A stretch of DNA of 27,976 bases from Macrostomum lignano (lineage: Eukaryota), in NCBI GenBank assembly GCA_002269645.1, contig NIVC01002035.1, positions 1 through 27,976 on the forward strand, read 5' to 3'. Shown here piece by piece: positions 1 to 10,400 of this stretch (the first letter of the stretch is position 1; the number at the start of each line of letters is the position of its first letter). A program made the position numbers and the translations under genes. The notes under the pieces were generated by a model, which saw nothing but the letters and a program-made list of their open reading frames with translations, was not told the DNA's origin and searched no databases.

Positions 1-1610
1 GCTTTGTTGGGTGTCGCTGTGTGGCAGTAGCTGGCAAGCGCGTTGGCAGATGCAGCGCAGCAGCAACATTTTGCTCGAGGTGCTGCTGCTGCTGCTGCTG
101 CGGGAGCCTTCCACCTCGCAAGCGCCCAACGCCGGTATCGCAGATTAAAATTCGCTGACATGCTTCTAAATAGTGCAAGAACGTGCGGGAACCGCCAATG
201 TGCTTATAGGCAATAAAGGAGTTGCGAACAAGTTGCAGCAAGAGATAGGAGGCCAGCTTGAAAAACCACTTCTGCGTTCTTCTACTTGTCTTGTAGGCTC
301 ACAACTAGCGTCCATCCTGTCCACTCCTCCCATGCTTTGGTTGTAGTCTAGAGCTGTCTGAGACTTCAGCAGTTGCTGTTCCTGACCGCCTCGCTGAACC
401 CTTGTAACTTGCACACAGTTGGCCGAGCCAGCACTGTCTAGCATGTACACGGTCTTTAGGCCAGAGGCTCGCCGATCCACAATCTTCACAGCAAGCAGAT
501 CCCACACGCCTAGAGAAGGCGTTGGAGGTGGGTGCAACACCTGCTGCTTCAGAGCCGCGGAACGCCGCGTTGTGCTCGCACTGTGCCTGTCAACAGAGTG
601 TCTCTCTGGAGCAACCAGTCAGCGAGCCGTGCCGAGCGAAACCAGGTGTCACAAAAGATCCTGAACCCGAGGTCCAAGATATCCCGAGACAGTTCTACGA
701 CGATGCGTTCCGAGAGCGACAGCTGCTGCGCATCCTGGCCGAACAGGTTGTTTTGGGCCGCAGTGGAGTGGATCAGAAAGTTCCACAAATAGCCGCTGTT
801 CGATTCGGCTGGACAGTACAGCTTGATGCCGAGCTTTGCCTTTTTGTTGGGCATGTACTGAAGAAAGTGGAGCCTACCTTTGTAAAGTAGCAATGACTCG
901 TCAACAGAAATATGTTGATGTGGCATGTACTTATTTTGACAGATGGACTGGACTTTGTTCAAAAAAGGTCTGATCTTGCACAGCGGATCAGCTTCGTGCA
1001 CCTCCGTGCAATCGTAGCAGCGAAACCAGGTCATGATGAGTTGAAACCTGTTACGCGACAGGCATGACTCATGGTGGAAGAAGTCCTGATGGTACATTAG
1101 ATCGGTTGACCAATACATGCTAATATCTGGCTTCTGTACTACTCCCATGTGCAGCAGAATTCCGATAAACTTCTTCATTTCATTCAGGTTGCATAGCTTC
1201 CAATTTAGGAGCTTCCATGGCAGCTCTTCGTTTTCTTGTTGAATTTGCGTGACAGCTCTGTCTGCTCTGGCGTTTGTCCAGTCGCACAAACTTTGCAGCA
1301 GACTGTCGGAAGAAACTGACCAAGGATGGCAGCCACACCATTTTCAATGTTGTCCGGCACAAGAAAATCCGGATGCAGACCAGGCAAGCCGAGAAACTCG
1401 GGAAGTGGGTTGGGCCGATGATCCGTTTCCGGAGTGGTATCATGCCAGTTATCTTCGATGTTGTCTGGCGGATTCACAATCTGGACCTCCTCAAGGTCAC
1501 TCTGCTCATCAGAGGAGCCTCCACTGGTACCAGATGCAGTCACGTATGATTCGTCATCTGAGTCGCTATCCCTAGCCCAAATTTTGAAGGGTTGGATTGC
1601 CAGTTTGCAT
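1..1610 (-). mobile_element. piggyBac-family (PGBD/DDE_Tnp_1_7-like) transposase gene, frameshifted, C-terminus runs off the left edge
   Basis: Four consecutive minus-strand frames join if one base is restored at about 1308, 555 and 296. The joined protein reads: acidic N-terminus (DSDSDDES, 1546-1570), FLPDSLLQSLCDWTNARA, EMKKFIGILLHMGV, SRNRFQLI, KIRPFL, SVDESLLLYKGR (D1), FCDTWF (D2), LTGTVRAQRGVP, DYNQSMGGVDRMD (D3), YKTSRRTQKWFFKL, HLPTRLPATATQRHPTK. These match piggyBac motifs (established knowledge). The start is uncertain: the nearest ATG (1610) is one base out of frame. No TIR was found. Confidence 0.92.
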
Positions 1611-2286
1611 TGTAGAATACTGTTTGAAAAATTATATTTGTGGGTAATATTGATAAAAATTTTTTTATTGGTTTATCCTCATTTCACAGGAGAAGAACAT
1701 ATTTGCAATACTGTATTGCATTCATCCCTTCGAAAACCCAAATCTTATTGTCTATGGCAATCACTTACGTAGAAATGTCTATGCTTGCAATACTTGTCTC
1801 ATCTCTTTACACTATGCATAATAAATAAGATGGATATACGAAGCAATATCTGTTTATGGCAAAAAGTGACTTCGGTTTGTCTATGTAAAGCTCTCACACC
1901 AGTCCTGGGCTGCTTCTGGAAGCATGGCTGGTAGCTATTTTTAGCTGGCTCTGACTCGATCTGCTAGCCATAGACAGCGGGTGTAGTTAGAATTATAATG
2001 CAAGCAACTTCTACCGATATTTTCACCCCATCATACTACTTCCTACTGATGTCTAGTAATGTTTCAAAATTTATTTTTTTGACAGCAAGTTATGGGAGGA
2101 GTGGGGGAAATAATTTTCCAGCAGAAGTTTTCAGCTTTTAAATCTATGGCAACAGAGCTGCTACGGGAGGCTACGGGGTGAGCAAAAATAGACGCGGAGG
2201 CTAATGGTTTTAAAAATGAAAATACACGGCGCAGGAAATTTGAGACAAGAAGTTTACGAAAGGTTTTGTATTAGATTTTGTTGCTG

Positions 2287-2348
2287 GAATACGAATATAC
2301 GAATAATACGAATAATAATACGAATATGAAGAATATGAAGAATATGAA
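2287..2348. repeat. Compound microsatellite-like stretch (GAATA/AAT/GAATATGAA units)
   Basis: Read directly: gaatac gaatatac gaataatac gaataataatac followed by three gaatatgaa. Confidence 0.8.
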
Positions 2349-2462
2349 CTGGAGGTATGTCAAAAGAGGGTGTCGGACAAGACGTTTAGAGCAAGGAAAC
2401 TGTGGCCCGGCGCGGAGAAGGTCATACAATACACATCTAGAAGAATGGGACAACAGATTTTA

Positions 2463-2987
2463 GGGCAGGGAAGTGTGGGGCAGGGAAGTGTGGGGCAGGG
2501 AAGTGTGGGGCAGGGAAGTGTGGGGCAGGGAAGTGTGGGGCAGGGAAGTGTGGGGCAGGGAAGTGTGGGGCAGGGAAGTGTGGGGCAGGGAAGTGTGGGG
2601 CAGGGAAGTGTGGGGCAGGGAAGTGTGGGGCAGGGAAGTGTGGGGCAGGGAAGTGTGGGGCAGGGAAGTGTGGGGCAGGGAAGTGTGGGGCAGGGAAGTG
2701 TGGGCAGGGAAGTGTGGGGCAGGGAAGTGTGGGGCAGGGAAGTGTGGGGCAGGGAAGTGTGGGGCAGGGAAGTGTGGGGCAGGGAAGTGTGGGGCAGGGA
2801 AGTGTGGGGCAGGGAAGTGTGGGGCAGGGAAGTGTGGGGCAGGGAAGTGTGGGGCAGGGAAGTGTGGGGCAGGGAAGTGTGGGGCAGGGAAGTGTGGGGC
2901 AGGGAAGTGTGGGGCAGGGAAGTGTGGGGCAGGGAAGTGTGGGGCAGGGAAGTGTGGGGCAGGGAAGTGTGGGCAGACAGAAGTGTG
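2463..2987 (+). repeat. 15-bp G-rich minisatellite (GGGGCAGGGAAGTGT)n, about 34 copies
   Basis: Near-perfect copies. A 14-bp copy lacking one G lies at about 2701, and the last copy is degenerate (gggcagacagaagtgtg). Confidence 0.98.
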
Positions 2988-3895
2988 ACCTTCTGTCTTT
3001 AAATGTTGCATTCGGTGATTTTATATTCCACCTGTATCCTGTTTTCACGAAATACTCAGAATTTTCTATTAAATCAACTCAAACGAATTTTTCACCCTTT
3101 GTGGCAATGCAGGTCTTGCATTGTGCAACTCTGCTTCCCACAAAGGCGCATGGACTTCAGCCGATACGATTTGCTGAACATGACGAATGCAGTCGAGTAG
3201 CGATAAGTTGCAACTACCAGAATTTTGTGGCTAGTACACAGTCTTACTAAATTTCTAAATGCGACATCAAAACAACGCTGAGTCTAGTGCTGGCATTCCA
3301 CAACAAGACACTTGAAGTGCGGCCGAAAAGCACCCCACAGCAGTTGCACTTGTGGGCGCTGTGTTTCTAATTTTAGTAACAACGACCTGTGGACGCAGAT
3401 AGAAACTTTTGCCGTTCAGGCCTTTTCACAAACAATAGCTGCGCCTGCGGTAGCCAGCAAATTCAGTTCGTCCGCCCGAGGGCCCCCAACCGACTGGCTG
3501 CTGGGCGAAGGAAAGGTCAAAGTTTTTGGACAACACTGCATGCAAGCCATACTCGGCACAGCTCTGACGAAAGACTGTCTATAATTAGCCTTCCACAAAT
3601 TCTGAGACTTAATGACAATGCAATTTTGCTTTTGATTATTGTTTATCTGTGTAGTAGCTGCAGTAGTTTGACGCAAGCAGCGACCTTCTAAATGTTGGAA
3701 GCTACCGCAGCGCTCTTGGACTAATCTGGGAAAACAGATTGAAAACAGTGAATACTTGAGCGCAGTGCTCACTCCTGTGTCTCAATATACAATAATATTT
3801 TACTCGTAATATCGATATTATTCTACACACTACTAAGTGAATACAAATTGAATGGCTTGGCTGACGAACTGATTAAAAGCCATTAAACTCTAAGT

Positions 3896-5013
3896 AATCT
3901 GTAAGCAGAACGCATCACCTTAAACCTAAAATCTGTAAGCAGAACGTATCACCTTAAACCTAAAATCTGTAAGCAGAACGCATCACCTTAAACCTAAAAT
4001 CTGTAAGCAGAACGTATCACCTTAAACCTAAAATCTGTAAGCAGAACGCATCACCTTAAACCTAAAATCTGTAAGCAGAACGTATCACCTTAAACCTAAA
4101 ATCTGTAAGCAGAACGCATCACCTTAAACCTAAAATCTGTAAGCAGAACGCATCACCTTAAACCTAAAATCTGTAAGCAGAACGTATCACCTTAAACCTA
4201 AAATCTGTAAGCAGAACGTATCACCTTAAACCTAAAATCTGTAAGCAGAACGCATCACCTTAAACCTAAAATCTGTAAGCAGAACGTATCACCTTAAACC
4301 TAAAATCTGTAAGCAGAACGTATCACCTTAAACCTAAAATCTGTAAGCAGAACGCATCACCTTAAACCTAAAATCTGTAAGCAGAACGCATCACCTTAAA
4401 CCTAAAATCTGTAAGCAGAACGTATCACCTTAAACCTAAAATCTGTAAGCAGAACGTATCACCTTAAACCTAAAATCTGTAAGCAGAACGTATCACCTTA
4501 AACCTAAAATCTGTAAGCAGAACGCATCACCTTAAACCTAAAATCTGTAAGCAGAACGCATCACCTTAAACCTAAAATCTGTAAGCAGAACGCATCACCT
4601 TAAACCTAAAATCTGTAAGCAGAACGTATCACCTTAAACCTAAAATCTGTAAGCAGAACGTATCACCTTAAACCTAAAATCTGTAAGCAGAACGTATCAC
4701 CTTAAACCTAAAATCTGTAAGCAGAACGCATCACCTTAAACCTAAAATCTGTAAGCAGAACGTATCACCTTAAACCTAAAATCTGTAAGCAGAACGTATC
4801 ACCTTAAACCTAAAATCTGTAAGCAGAACGTATCACCTTAAACCTAAAATCTGTAAGCAGAACGTATCACCTTAAACCTAAAATCTGTAAGCAGAACGCA
4901 TCACCTTAAACCTAAAATCTGTAAGCAGAACGTATCACCTTAAACCTAAAATCTGTAAGCAGAACGCATCACCTTAAACCTAAAATCTGTAAGCAGAACG
5001 TATCACCTTAAAC
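3896..5013. repeat. 34-bp minisatellite (AATCTGTAAGCAGAACG[C/T]ATCACCTTAAACCTAA) x33
   Basis: Period is 34 bp (gtaagc at 3901, 3935 and onward). The copies differ at a single C/T position only. Confidence 0.98.
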
Positions 5014-5439
5014 ATAAGATCAGTAAACAAAAGTTCAACCATAGCAACCTGCTGTAAAGCTCTGATGTCACGAAATGGTGTTGTGACGAGTTTGCATTAA
5101 AAACAGACAGTGCAAAGAAATACCGACTGGATGAGCATAGCATAGTTTCCATACAGAAAAACCCTTTGGTTTTCCAGACTGCGTGGGTTTATGAAAAGAA
5201 ATTCATTGTTCACGCTTCGCACATTTCCAAATGCATTACAAAGCTGCAGGGCCCATCTGCGTCAATCTGCTGTTTTTTCTCTCCTCCATTTCATTACTCT
5301 AGCATCTGGATGTATAAATAGCCGCAAGAATCGGTGCGGCAGACATGCAGTGGCTTGAGTGCCAGAATAAATATTAGCATTAGTTGTCTCCACCGGACTG
5401 AGATAGCGATAAGTCTGCTCCCACTTGACAGGGCAGTCA

Positions 5440-6178
5440 ATGGAACCCATGGAAGCCAGCAACAGTGAGAAGCTTCTGTTCTGCATCAAAGAAGAGCCCC
5501 AAGCACCGCGGGCAAGTACGAGTCGGTAAAAATGGCCTGGGCGATGGAGGATGCACCGATCGCCAGCAACCAATTGCCAGAGGTTTCATGCAGGCAGGAC
5601 GTGATGGAGACCTTGCTGCTTAATAGCGATGCTAACTGGGACGCCAACTGGGATCGCTCCATGACTCTGGACGACTGCCTAAGCACCCTATCCGAGTGTA
5701 GCACACAGGGCACCGGCACCAGCAGCTCCACTGGGACTTCAGTTGCTTCTGCATTTGACGAACGGCCGAGAAACTTCGTGTGCCCGCACGGCGGCTGCAG
5801 CAAGGCCTACCTCAAGAATTCGCACCTCAAGACGCACCTGCGTTCGCATTCGGGTAAGCTGCTTATGGAACAGTGGGAGGCGGAGAGTAACCTTTTCAAT
5901 AGAAAAAGCAGTTCTCATAAACCACGGAAACGCCAATGGGAAAGCAAATGATTTTCACAGAAGAACGGCCGTTCATCTGCAAGTGGCAGGACTGCGGCTG
6001 GTCGTTTCCACGGTCGGACGAGCTGGTGCGGCACCAGCGAATCCACACGGGCGAGCGGCCGTACCGCTGCCAGCTGTGCCCGAAGCAGTTCACGCGGTCC
6101 GATCATCTGCAGCTGCACACCAGAAGACACCGCGAGGCAGCCGCAGGCTCAAAGCAGAAGAGCACTTTCAAGTTCTGA
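5440..6178 (+). CDS. Kruppel-like factor (Sp/KLF family, three C2H2 zinc fingers)
   Basis: ZF1 [25 protein letters not shown], intron 5854-5960 (GTAAGC...TTTTCACAG), ZF2 [25 protein letters not shown], linker TGERP, ZF3 [23 protein letters not shown], stop at 6176-6178. This is the KLF signature KxSHLK/RSDELxR/RSDHLxL. The start is either ATG 5532 (179 aa), or ATG 5440 with an extra intron 5526-5593. Subfamily not resolved. Confidence 0.93.
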
Positions 6179-7422
6179 ATTGCATAGCACAAAAGAGCAC
6201 TCATGTAAAAATATTCAATTCAATGCCAGTTAAAGCCCAGGTAACTTTTGCTATAGCAGATGTTGCAGAGCTCTCGTTGCCAATTCAATGCCAAAAGCTC
6301 AGTCAGGTTATCAACCAAAGTGTACAACATGCCCAACGTAACTACATGTGTTTTTGCATGAAATGAGATTCCACGATGAAATACTTGTACAGAGACATGA
6401 TTTGATGTGGCTGACCCCAGAAGCTTTTATGAGACCGTTGCTTGCTTGCCAATAGATTTTCCTCATAAATATTAAATGCTACCTCTTCAACAGACAACAA
6501 TGCATGAAAACGAATCAATGAAACGCACCTTATCTTGCTGATTTTCACTGCTGGGGATGATAGGACAGTAACGTACGAGTAGGTAGCGAACTGTGCATAG
6601 TAAATATATAATAGATAAGTCTGTATTTAGTTCATGACTCGCGAACAGACGAAAGCCTGCTAAACTGGAAAAAATCTTAATAAAACACGCGTCAGACAAG
6701 GCGGGAATAAAAGCTACTAAAAAAGAGCGCTGATTAGAATGCAGCATCTGAGAGATCTGAAAATCTCAACACTGACTGAGGAACTGAAAAAAGTAAAGTT
6801 TAACTGCAGCAACAAAATACGCACATCGCCTACTCACTCAGCTGCTGCCAGTAGCATGGCAGTGGCATTATATTCACTTGGCTGGTGATCAAATGAATAA
6901 GCAGAAACTGCAAAATAGAAGCAGTAGGTCAAGCAGCTGCAAGAGTAAGATAGCCCAGAAGACATGGATGGTGCAGGTTAATAATAGCGCACTAAAGGAT
7001 AAGACAGGCTAAGAAAGAGAAACAACAGAAAATCAAGGATAGCTACTGCGCAGAGTGCGCGACGTTAGGGAAACTGGGAGAATGGCATCGGATAAGTGTG
7101 GGGATCCGAAAGCACTCAGATGGAGTGACTAACAGCTGTGTCCGGTCTGTGGATTAACGCGCACGCCAAGTTTGGATCAAAAGAACCAATAAGCACAAAG
7201 AGAGGCATCCGAGCAGCTGATTGCATGGCTCACCAAGCAATCATATAAAACGCAGTTAGAATATTTTCTATGAGAGTAAAACAATAAATTCTAGAAAATT
7301 GAATATTATCTCGTTAACAATAAGCAGAAACGCAAAAAAATAATAAGGTTTGGTAGAGATACTAGCAAAACATTTGATTCTGTCCTGGAGATGAATAAAC
7401 TTCATCCCAACGTGCTCTGCAC

Positions 7423-7428
7423 TTTATT
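7423..7428 (-). promoter_or_regulatory. Candidate polyadenylation signal AATAAA of the FAR gene
   Basis: tttatt on the + strand, about 24 nt downstream of the FAR stop codon (7452-7454) on the minus strand. Confidence 0.55.
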
Positions 7429-7451
7429 CCTGTCCGTACCGGGCGCTGAGC

Positions 7452-10400
7452 TCACGAGCGGGCAAGCCGAGGCAGCTTCTCAAATAGCGACATCGCCAGG
7501 TTGAGCATCAGCACCCACATGGTGTGCGCCAGAGGCACTCGCTTCAAAGTGAACCGCCACACCAGCACACAGAGCAGCACGTTCCACATCAGCGACAGCC
7601 GCTGCAGCCTGCGGGCGATTAGGGTGACTTGGCGTTGGGCTGGCTGGGTGAGCAGTTTGAGTGGGTAGGGTGTGGGGTCGGCTGGGTAGGATGTGGGGTC
7701 GGCTGGGATGTGGGTTGGCCTGATTGGTTGGGTGGTGTGTGGATCAAGACTAGGCGTTCTGGCTCTGTGTGTTGGGCGGGTTGGAAGGTGGTAGTTGGAG
7801 CTGAGCATGCATTAGGGTGTGCTGGGCAGGTGTGCAGGTGGTAGTTGGAGCTGAGCATGCATTAGGGTGTGCTGGGCAGGTGTGCAGGTGGTAGTTGGAG
7901 CTGAGCATGCATTAGTAACTCAGGCTCTGCAAGGCTTTACTTTCTGATGTGCGCCCTGGCGGAGCCGTTGTCATCAAGGTCCTCTTTGAGCGCGTACTGC
8001 TTGACGCCGGTGCAGTAGCGCTCAAGATAGAGGCGCCAATCTACTTTAGAGGCGTCGCAGTCGAACTCCTGCGGGTCGAGTCAGTTTGAGCAAAATTCCA
8101 ATAAATGAACAACAAGCACTTTTGCTCAGGATACAAGCGAACTCACAAGCCTATCAGACGGGGACATTCGGTCCATAGCGCTGAGCACATTGGTGTTGTT
8201 GAACACCCATTCCCGGCTGGTGAAATAGTCCAGAGACCGGGTCGACTTTCTAATGCGGTTCGACACCCGGACGAACCTGCGGCAGTGAGCAGCATTAAGT
8301 TAGAAATCAAAGTTTAAGCTTAGGAGATAACGGGCACCCAAGTAACTGTTGGTACGGTAGGGTAACAATTTTCTTTACAGTCGATCGGAAAGACAAATTG
8401 AACACTCGGTTAAGGCTGTGAGCTGGTCGGTTTGCTAAACAGCAAGACAGCCACACAAGTCAAATATTCCAGCACAGCATCACTGGTCACCGGTGTTGTC
8501 AATCAATCTATTTGCACTGATAATTTTATACACAATCAAAGATCATTTTTCCTATATTCCCACATATTCTTGGATGCTGACGGATCCGCTCAAACAGCAA
8601 AAAGACGACGGTTTGGTCCGTTCAAGTGACCTTTTCTGCCATCGGCGACTCCAGTTGGAAGGCCGCATCATCCAGTCGTACTGCCCACAGCTGGTTTAGG
8701 AGCTGCTGCTTCTGGCGCTACAGGCCCACCTACAAGTGGGGACAGGCATTTCGTCGACTGCCTGTTGGTTGACGCCGGCGCCCCGGCCGAGACGGGTTCT
8801 GTGACGATGTCCTCTTTTAAGATCCCACTGAGCGTAATTCTGCTGATGCTGTTGTCATAGCATTCCCACTGAGCGTATTCTGCTGATCCCATAGCATTCC
8901 CACTGAGCGTAATTCTGCTGATGCTGTTCCCATAGCATTCCCACTGAGCGTAATTCTGCTGATGCTGTTCCCATAGCATTCCCACTGAGCGTAATTCTGC
9001 TGATGCTGTTCCCATAGCATTCCCACTGAGCGTAATTCTGCTGATGCTGTTCCCATAGCATTCCCACTGAGCGTATTCTGCTGATGCTGTTCCCATAGCA
9101 TTCCCACTGAGCGTAATTCTGCTGATGCTGTTCCCATAGCATTCCCACTGAGCGTAATTCTGCTGATGCTGTTCCCATAGCATTCCCACTGAGCGTAATT
9201 CTGCTGATGCTGTTCCCATAGCATTCCCACTGAGCGTATTCTGCTGATGCTGTTCCCATAGCATTCCCACTGAGCGTATTCTGCTGATGCTGTTCCCATA
9301 GCATTCCCACTGAGCGTATTCTGCTGATGCTGTTCCCATAGCATTCCCACTGAGCGTAATTCTGCTGATGCTGTTCCCATAGCATTCCCACTGAGCGTAT
9401 TCTGCTGATGCTGTTCCCATAGCATTCCCACTGAGCGTATTCTGCTGATGCTGTTCCCATAGCATTCCCACTGAGCGTATTCTGCTGATGCTGTTCCCAT
9501 AGCATTCCCACTGAGCGTATTCTGCTGATGCTGTTGTCATAGTATTCCCACTGAGCGTATTCTGCTGATGCTGTTGTCATAGTATTCCCACTACTACACA
9601 CATTTTAGAGCCAAAGTCACACACATTTTGTGAAAACGTAAAACTTATATTTACGCTCGCATTGCAAAATTTTACTGTTGTTTCACCGTGAAGCAAATAA
9701 GACAAATTCAAGTCGGAGCTCACACAGTCCTGCGGCCACTAGCGTACATCCAGAGATCCATGAGGCAGGCGGGCAGCTGGTGATTAAACAGCCAGTTGAT
9801 GTTGCACCACAGCGAGTTGGTGGTGAAGCTGGCCTTGGGCAGCCGGATGACGCTTTGGGTCGGGTTGCACACAAAGTACTCGGTGTGATTCGCTCCACAT
9901 CGCCCCAGGTGAGCCGGTTTCCAGGGCCCACGCCTGCGTTGTAGACCGTGGCCTGTCGGGAGAACAGGCGGAAGTTCCACACGCTGGAGATGATGATGTT
10001 AGTGGCGATATCCACGGGGATGATGTCGGCCTTGCAGCGGACATCGCCCTGCATCATTCGCAGCAGGCCCTTGCTGATGGCAGCGAAGACACCCGTCGGC
10101 CCGTTGAAATTGTCCACCCAGCCTGGCAGCGGCTCCTGCCAGCTGGCGCCAACAATGGAGGGCCGGACAATCACAATTGGCAGGTGGGAAAAGCGGTCCG
10201 TCAGGTAAAACTCGGCGAGCTGCTTCGTGAAGGTGTAGGTATTTGGCTTCTGGCCCAGTAGGCGGGGTGTCACCTGCGGGTCGGGTTCAGCCAGGGCTGA
10301 GGCCAATGCAAGGCAAGTCTCTAGCGGGAGAGCCCAGACAGGCCCAGTAAACTTTTAGAGCACCGGAGCAAACCATAAAAAGAGCTGTCCCTTTAAGTAA

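Noticed and set aside
1543-2460. piggyBac 5' terminal inverted repeat
   Set aside because: No GGG-TTAA or similar end was found. The two TTAA sites near 2138 and 2210 have no piggyBac-like terminus.
2370-3048. ORFs with GQGSV, GREVW, PCPTL or AGKCG repeats read as proteins
   Set aside because: A 15-bp stop-free unit is open in all frames and shows no synonymous variation, so these are translation artefacts.
3917-5013. CCTTAAACCTAAA read as interstitial telomeric repeat
   Set aside because: Only two degenerate hexamer/heptamer-like motifs per 34-bp unit, with no CCCTAA runs.
7667-7675. Perfect KLF site AGGGTGTGG downstream of the KLF gene, and partial GTGTGG matches in the 15-mer array, read as autoregulation
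   Set aside because: Short G-rich matches are expected by chance in GT-rich repeats, and the 15-mer lacks the NGG triplet for finger 3.
8824-9592. CAGTGG in the 41-bp unit (FAR sense strand) read as an iron-responsive element
   Set aside because: The flanking bases cannot form the 5-bp upper stem, and the site is intronic.
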